A stretch of DNA of 64,000 nucleotides, from the NCBI GenBank assembly GCA_965250285.1, contig OZ252299.1, positions 5,504,001 to 5,568,000 on the forward strand, in the 5' to 3' direction. Both the position numbers and the translations under genes were made by a program. How positions within the stretch are numbered: position 1 is the first letter of the stretch; every line of letters starts with the position of its first letter. Shown here in pieces: positions 58,174 to 64,000 of the stretch. The notes under the pieces were generated by a model that was given only the letters and a program-made list of their open reading frames with translations, had not been told where the DNA came from and searched no databases. The stretch comes from Myxococcota bacterium. GTDB lineage: Bacteria; Myxococcota_A; UBA9160; UBA4427.

Positions 58174-59556
58174 GTGTCGCGTCGCACGCCCCGGCGCGGC
58201 CGCGTGCCCGGGTTCTGGGCACGGCTCTCCATCGGCGTGTGCACGAGCGTGTGCGTGGGTCTGGGCGGAGCAGCCTGGGGGCAGACGCCCGAAGCGCCTG
58301 TCGCGTCACCCGAAGCGCCTGTGGCATCGCCCGAAGCGCCCGCGGCGTCCCCGGAGAAGGCCCCGGTGACGATTCGCATCGCCTACCCCGACCCGGGCGC
58401 CACCGTGCAGGGTCGCACCACGATGGCGCCGGTGCGCGGCGAGGTGCAGTCGGGGTCGGGTGAGACGACCGACTTCGACGTGTTGCTCGCGATCGACGTG
58501 TCGCACTCGACGCGGTTCCCGAGTGGCATCGACGTCGACAGCGATGGCGACACGGGCTTCAACCCGAAGATGGAGCTCGTTGCGCCGGGCACCTATCCCG
58601 AGGACATGGTGTGTACCGACGCCGACGACACCATTCTCGCGGCCGAGATCGAGGCGTCGCGCCAGCTGCTCGAGGTGCTCGATCCCGAGCGTACGCGGGT
58701 CGGTGTGATCGTCTTCTCGGGGGCCGTCGACCCCGAGACGGGCAAGCGGGTCGCGAGCGACCAGCGCGATGCGCTGGTCAAGGCACCGCTCACGAACGAC
58801 TTCGAGCATGTGCGCGACGTGCTCGAGCAGGTGCTCGACGAGGGTTCGTACGGTGCGACGAACTTCGCGGCGGCGCTGCAGCTCGGCGTGATCGAGCTCG
58901 CGGGCCTGTCACGCAGCTACAGCGAGCCCCGGCCCGAAGCGCGCAAGGTGATGCTCTTTCTGACCGACGGCGTGCCGACGTTCCCGTTCGGCAAGGGCGC
59001 GAGCGCCGATCCCGAAGACACCGAGGCGGCGATCAACGCGGCGCGGCTCGCGCGGCGCGCGGGCATCACCGTCAACGCGTTCGCGCTCGGTCGGCACGCG
59101 CTCACGAAGCCGCTGGCGTTGACCGAGATCGCGCGCATCACCCGGGGCACGTTCACGCCCGTGCTGAACCCGGGCGACATCACGACGTTCTTGCAGGGCA
59201 TCACCTTCGCGAACGTCGATGACGTGATCGTGACGAACCTGACGACGGGCGACGTCAGCTTCGACGTGCAGCTCGCACCCGACGGATCGTTCACGGGCAT
59301 CGTGCCCGTGCGCATCGGTGAGAATCGCATCGAGGTCGCGGCGCTCGCGAGCGATGGCGGCGAGGCGCGGATCGAGCTCGACTTCACGTTCGAGGAGTCG
59401 GGGCTGACCGAGCGCGAGCTGGCGCTCGAGCTCGAGCGCATCCGCAACCGAAACAAGGCATTGATGCGACTGATCGAGCAGCAGCGCATCGAAGCGTTCC
59501 GCGAGCGACAGAAGAAGCGCGTCGAGATCGAGGTCGAGGAGCGCGAAGGACAATGA
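58174..59556 (+). CDS. Secreted vWA domain protein
   Basis: MIDAS DVSHS, GATNF, LTDG; PEAPVAS repeats after the signal peptide. Confidence 0.88.
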   Translation: MSRRTPRRGRVPGFWARLSIGVCTSVCVGLGGAAWGQTPEAPVASPEAPVASPEAPAASPEKAPVTIRIAYPDPGATVQGRTTMAPVRGEVQSGSGETTDFDVLLAIDVSHSTRFPSGIDVDSDGDTGFNPKMELVAPGTYPEDMVCTDADDTILAAEIEASRQLLEVLDPERTRVGVIVFSGAVDPETGKRVASDQRDALVKAPLTNDFEHVRDVLEQVLDEGSYGATNFAAALQLGVIELAGLSRSYSEPRPEARKVMLFLTDGVPTFPFGKGASADPEDTEAAINAARLARRAGITVNAFALGRHALTKPLALTEIARITRGTFTPVLNPGDITTFLQGITFANVDDVIVTNLTTGDVSFDVQLAPDGSFTGIVPVRIGENRIEVAALASDGGEARIELDFTFEESGLTERELALELERIRNRNKALMRLIEQQRIEAFRERQKKRVEIEVEEREGQ

Positions 59557-60503
59557 ACGTCGTTGGAGAGGACAGGCGCGTGGCAGAGCGGACGAAGCTG
59601 CACGAAGCAGTGGTGGGCGAGGACGAGATCGACGAGCTCGGGCACATGAACGTCCGGTTCTATCTCGTGAAGGCGCTCGAGGCGTCGAGAGCGTTGGCCG
59701 AGCATGTCGGGCTCGGCCGCGAGGCCGTCGCCGAGCGGGGCGGTGTGCTCGAGCTGCGTGACGCGTGGACCCGACACCGCGCCGAGCAGCTGGTCGGTGC
59801 GCGGCTCGAGGTGCATGGCGGCGTGCTCGACGTGCGCGCCGACGGGCTGCGCGTCTATCACGACCTGGTGAACCCTGCGAAGGGCGAGCTCGCCGCGAGC
59901 TTCGTGCAGGCCTTCGTGCTGCGCGACGCGACCACCAGGGCGCCGATGCCGCTGCCCGAAGACGTCGCGGCCCGGGCGGCCGGCGCAACGGTCGACTGGC
60001 CCGAGCACGGGAGACCCCGCACGATCGATCTCGATACGAAGCCGACCGCGCCGGCGCTCGAGCTCGTCGTCGAGCGCGACCTCGCGATGCGCAAGCCGAG
60101 GGTGATCGGCGACGACGAGTGCGGCGAAGACGGCGTGTTTGTCGCCAACCGATACCAGGAGCTCTTCTGGGCGGGCGAGCCCGCGCAGCCGCGCGACAAC
60201 GACAGCTGGCTGATCGATCTCGAGGGGGGTGGCCAAATGGGCTGGGCGACGCTCGAGAGCCGGGGCGTGCTGCACGCACTGCCGCGCGCGGGCACGCGCA
60301 TCCAGAGCTTCGGCGCCGAGGTGCAGCTCGCCGCGAAGACCTCGTATCGGCACCACTGGGTGTTCGACGTCGACTCGCGCGAGCTGCTCTGCACGAGCTC
60401 GATCGTGAATCTTGCGTTCGACATCGGGGCCCGTCGCGCCATCGAGATCCCCGAGCGTGTGCGGGCGGGGCTCGAACGCGTCTTCTGTCCAGATCTGCTC
60501 TGA
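59553..60503 (+). CDS. Double hotdog thioesterase family protein
   Basis: IDELGHMNVRFY; second hotdog-like domain. Confidence 0.82.
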   Translation: MNVVGEDRRVAERTKLHEAVVGEDEIDELGHMNVRFYLVKALEASRALAEHVGLGREAVAERGGVLELRDAWTRHRAEQLVGARLEVHGGVLDVRADGLRVYHDLVNPAKGELAASFVQAFVLRDATTRAPMPLPEDVAARAAGATVDWPEHGRPRTIDLDTKPTAPALELVVERDLAMRKPRVIGDDECGEDGVFVANRYQELFWAGEPAQPRDNDSWLIDLEGGGQMGWATLESRGVLHALPRAGTRIQSFGAEVQLAAKTSYRHHWVFDVDSRELLCTSSIVNLAFDIGARRAIEIPERVRAGLERVFCPDLL

Positions 60504-60764
60504 GCCCGGCGGCGATGCGGCCGCAGAACCGGCAAGGAACGCGCAGCGAGAGACCCACGAGCGCCCCGCCGCGACACACGAAGCTCGGGTATCTTTGAGG
60601 GCCCGCCGAGCCCGTGCACGAGCACGCCGGCGAGCGCCCATCGCCGAATTGGCTGGCTCGCGCGCGTCGACGCCATCGGAGCGATCCGACGAGCACGCAA
60701 GCCGAAGATCCGAAACCGAACCCACACCCTAGACCGAACACAGCAGGGAAGAGAGACGACCGAC

Positions 60765-61988
60765 ATGGCCGACACGAAAGAAGAGCTCGAAGCGTTCCGC
60801 GCCGAAGCGCGCGCCTGGATCGAAGAGAACTTTCCGCCGTCACTCAAGGGGCGCGCGGGTGCCGTGATGCGATCGGAGACGATCGATGCATCCGAATCCG
60901 AGGCGCTCGCCTGGGGCAAGGTGCTCGGCGAGAAGGGCTGGGCGACGCCGACGTGGCCGGCCGAGTACGGCGGCGGTGGTCTCACGCAGCGCCAGGCCAA
61001 GGTGCTCGAGCAAGAGATCGATGCGGCCGGCGCGTTCAACCCGCTGATCCGCACCGCGGGCATGGGCATCACGATGGTGGGCCCGACGATCCTCGAGTAC
61101 GGCACCGAGGAGCAGAAGAAGCAGCACATCCCGCCGATCTGTCGGGGCGAGGTGTTCTGGGCGCTCGGCTACAGCGAGCCGAACGCGGGCAGCGACCTCG
61201 CGTCGCTGCAGTGCAAGGCCGAGGACATGGGCGATCACTGGAAGGTGAACGGCCAGAAGACCTGGACGTCGGGCGCCGACGTCGCCCAGTGGATCGGCTG
61301 CCTCGTGCGCACCGACTTCGACGCGCCGAAGCGCGACGGCATCAGCTTTCTGATCCTCGACATGAATCAGCCGGGCATCGAGACGCGGCCGATCCAGCTG
61401 ATCGGCGGTTCGTCGCCCTTCTGCGAGACGTTCTTCAACGATGCAGTGACGGGCAAGGATCAGCTGCTCGGCCCGTTGAACGGCGGCTGGACGGTGGGCA
61501 AGCGCCTGCTGCAGCACGAACGCCAGAGCCAGACCACGGCCGGCGCCGGCATGGCGGGCGGCGGACCGAAGAAGCCGCTGCGTGAGTTGGCGAAGGACTA
61601 CGTCGGCGTCGACGAGCAGGGCCGACTGGCCGACCCCGAGCTGCGCACGAAGCTCGCGGCCCACATGATGGATGCGAAGGCGCAGTCGCTCACCATCGAG
61701 CGCGTCTTCGCCGAGTCACGCGGCAACGCGAAGGTGAGCGCCGCGGCGTCGATCCTGAAGAACGCGGCGAGTGACGTCGCGCAGACGCGCGCCGAGCTGA
61801 CCGTCGAGCTCATGGGCCACCAGGGTCTTGGCTGGGAGGGCGAGGGCTTCGAGAACTTCGAGCTCGCCGCCGTCCGCGGATGGTTGATGGGCAAGGCCGT
61901 CTCGATCTATGGCGGCTCGGCCGAAGTCCAGAAGAACATCATCTCGAAGAACATCCTCGGCCTGCCCGAGAACACGCAGCGCGGCTGA
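60765..61988 (+). CDS. Acyl-CoA dehydrogenase
   Basis: YSEPNAGSDLASL, NGQKTWTS, IYGGSAEVQKNII. Confidence 0.95.
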   Translation: MADTKEELEAFRAEARAWIEENFPPSLKGRAGAVMRSETIDASESEALAWGKVLGEKGWATPTWPAEYGGGGLTQRQAKVLEQEIDAAGAFNPLIRTAGMGITMVGPTILEYGTEEQKKQHIPPICRGEVFWALGYSEPNAGSDLASLQCKAEDMGDHWKVNGQKTWTSGADVAQWIGCLVRTDFDAPKRDGISFLILDMNQPGIETRPIQLIGGSSPFCETFFNDAVTGKDQLLGPLNGGWTVGKRLLQHERQSQTTAGAGMAGGGPKKPLRELAKDYVGVDEQGRLADPELRTKLAAHMMDAKAQSLTIERVFAESRGNAKVSAAASILKNAASDVAQTRAELTVELMGHQGLGWEGEGFENFELAAVRGWLMGKAVSIYGGSAEVQKNIISKNILGLPENTQRG

Positions 61989-62031
61989 TTCAGGCCGCCT
62001 CTCGCAGGCAGCCCCGGAAGGACAAGACATC

Positions 62032-63168
62032 ATGGCAGCATTGACCGAAGAGCAGCAGCTCCTGAAGGACCAGGCCGCGACCTGGGCGAAGGAGGAGTCG
62101 CCCGTCGCGAAGTTCCGCGAGATGCGCGACAGCGACAACGCGCAGGGCTTCGAGCCCGGCACGTGGTCGGCGATCGCCGAGCTGGGCTGGGCCGGCATCC
62201 TCACCCCCGAAGAGTTCGGTGGCGTCGACATGGGCTTTCTCACCTTCGGTGTCGTCGCCGAAGAGCTGGGTCGCCAGCTCGTCGCCTCGCCGCTCGTCGC
62301 GTCGGCCCTCGCCGGTGCGTCGGCCCTGATCGTGGCCGGCAATGACGATCAGAAGAAGGCCTGGCTGCCGAAGGTCGCCGAGGGCTCGGCGATCGTGACG
62401 CTCGCGATCGACGAAGGCCCGCGCCACGCGCCCCATGGCGTCGCGCTCACGGCCGAGAAGAACGGCGACGGCTACGCGCTGCGCGGTGCCAAGTCACAGG
62501 TGCTCGAGGGCATGACCGCCGACGCGTTCGTCGTGTCGGCGCGTACGGGGGGTGCGCCCGGCGAGGCCGAGGGCATCAGTCTCTTTCTCGTCGAGGCCGA
62601 CGCCGCCGGTGTCGAGCGCAAGCGCGTGGCGACCCTCGACAGCCGTGGCTACGCGACGGTGTCGTTCGATGGCGTCCAGGTCGGCGCCGCCGCGCTGCTC
62701 GGCGCCGAGGGCGAGGGCGGTGCGTTGCTCGACGCGATCCTCGATCGCGCACGGGCGGGGCTCGCGGCCGAGATGCTCGGCGTCGCATGTCAGAGCTTCG
62801 ACATGACCCTCGACTACCTCAAGAACCGCGTGCAGTTCGGTCAGGTCATCGGGGGCTTCCAGGCCCTCGGTCACCGCGCCGCCGATCTCTATACCGAGAT
62901 GGAGATGGCGCGCTCGTGCGTCGAGGCCGCGCTGCAGGCGATCGACGCGGGATCGGACGACGTGGCGAAGCTGTGCTCGCTCTCGAAGGCCAAGGCGGGC
63001 GACTTCCTCTACCACATGTCGAACGAGCTCATTCAGATCCACGGCGGCATCGGCATGACCGACGAGTTCGACGCGGGCCTCTACCTGAAGCGTGCCCGCG
63101 CGCTCGAGGCGACGTGGGGCAATCGCGCGTTCCACCGAGACCGCTACGCGAGGCTGCACGACTTCTAG
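62032..63168 (+). CDS. Acyl-CoA dehydrogenase (partner subunit type)
   Basis: RVQFGQVIGGFQA, QIHGGIGMTDE. Confidence 0.93.
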   Translation: MAALTEEQQLLKDQAATWAKEESPVAKFREMRDSDNAQGFEPGTWSAIAELGWAGILTPEEFGGVDMGFLTFGVVAEELGRQLVASPLVASALAGASALIVAGNDDQKKAWLPKVAEGSAIVTLAIDEGPRHAPHGVALTAEKNGDGYALRGAKSQVLEGMTADAFVVSARTGGAPGEAEGISLFLVEADAAGVERKRVATLDSRGYATVSFDGVQVGAAALLGAEGEGGALLDAILDRARAGLAAEMLGVACQSFDMTLDYLKNRVQFGQVIGGFQALGHRAADLYTEMEMARSCVEAALQAIDAGSDDVAKLCSLSKAKAGDFLYHMSNELIQIHGGIGMTDEFDAGLYLKRARALEATWGNRAFHRDRYARLHDF

Positions 63169-63207
63169 GGCTGGCTCCGTGCGGGGTTCGGCGCGTGGCG
63201 GCGGCAC

Positions 63208-64000
63208 TCACCGTGCGCCGTGGCGAGCCCCCTCGCGCGCGGCTGGATCCTGGCGGTAGAAGCCCTCGAGCACGCCGTAGAGCTCGGGGTGGTGCGAGCG
63301 CAACGCCTTCGGTCGATCGAAGAACAGCTCGGTCACCACCGCGAAGAACTCGGCCTCGTTGGTCGCACCGTAGGGATCGAGCAGGTCGTGGCGCCCCCGC
63401 TCGGTCAGCTCGCGCAGGGCGAGATACTCGCGCGCGCACACCTCGACCCAGCGGTCGTACTCGTCTCGGTCGTGGAGCGGCGGCGTACCGTCGGCGGCGC
63501 CGTCGAGCATGTCGAGCTTGTGTGCGAACTCGTGGAACACGACGTTGTGGCCCTTCTCGGGGTGCCGCCCGGCGCGCTTGACCGCATCCCAGACGAGGAT
63601 CACCGGGCCCCGCAGCTGCGCTTCGCCGAGAATCGGCAGCGCGCCGCGGGTCGGTTCGCGCGGCACCTCGAACGCGCCGAGCTGCTGGGGCGGGATCACG
63701 ACCGTCGACGGGTAGACCAGGATCGACGCGACGTTTCGGTAGAGCTCGTCGTCGAAGCCGAGCAGCAGCAGGCAGGCCGAGGCCGCGATCGTGACGCGAA
63801 TCTCGTCGTCGAGGTCGAGCCCGCCGCAGCCTTCGAACTGTTTCTCGGCCACGAAGATCTGCGTGAGGTCGCGCAGGCGCTGCCGTTCGTCGTCGTCGAG
63901 CCACGCGGCGTGGGGCACGTTGCGCGCCAGGATCGCGTCCCAGGCGTCGGGGAACGGCGTTTCGAGCACCTTGCGGCGGCGGCGGTCGCGGAACCAGCGA
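63208..64000 (-). CDS. M90 (MtfA-like) zinc metallopeptidase (5' partial)
   Basis: HEFAHKLD, YGATNEAEFFAV. Confidence 0.9.
   Translation of the reverse strand, partial: RWFRDRRRRKVLETPFPDAWDAILARNVPHAAWLDDDERQRLRDLTQIFVAEKQFEGCGGLDLDDEIRVTIAASACLLLLGFDDELYRNVASILVYPSTVVIPPQQLGAFEVPREPTRGALPILGEAQLRGPVILVWDAVKRAGRHPEKGHNVVFHEFAHKLDMLDGAADGTPPLHDRDEYDRWVEVCAREYLALRELTERGRHDLLDPYGATNEAEFFAVVTELFFDRPKALRSHHPELYGVLEGFYRQDPAAREGARHGAR

Noticed and set aside
58288..58350. 21-bp tandem repeat
   Set aside because: An in-frame PEAPVAS linker repeat of the vWA protein; ordinary low-complexity coding sequence.
1..64000. tRNA, rRNA, transposase, integrase, reverse transcriptase, toxin-antitoxin or phage genes
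   Set aside because: No diagnostic motifs recognised on either strand by inspection; short or divergent examples could have been missed without covariance or HMM searches.

Overview
High-GC bacterial DNA (roughly 68-70% GC by eye). Gene content, leaderless promoters and a sigma54-linked small gene suggest Myxococcota or a related former deltaproteobacterial lineage, but this is tentative. The window has two parts. (1) Positions 1-34,450 are an accessory array of about 54 mostly short genes, about 49 on the + strand. It holds cassette-type families (4 GFA, 3 VOC, GNATs, SAM methyltransferases, NTF2/SnoaL, DUF1801, DUF4262, ASCH-like), five paralogues of one uncharacterised N-terminally anchored family, and several truncated or frameshifted remnants. 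It also carries 12 intergenic copies of the motif CGTGRTASNNT. I found no integrase, transposase or convincing attC. Embedded in it are an amidinotransferase + ATP-grasp ligase operon facing a truncated PRMT-like methyltransferase, and a Tat-exported sulfite-oxidase-family protein fused to cytochrome c. (2) Positions 34,750-64,000 are ordinary mixed-orientation genes: sulfatase, sulfotransferase, lipid/steroid-type catabolism, MATE, fur, alkaline phosphatase, rfbA/rfbC, comM, vWA and acyl-CoA dehydrogenases. This part also shows tandem duplications of gene 3' ends that keep their stop codons, an unannotated LysW-like zinc-ribbon gene and a candidate GGA-rich structured RNA. No rRNA, tRNA or CRISPR array was recognised.
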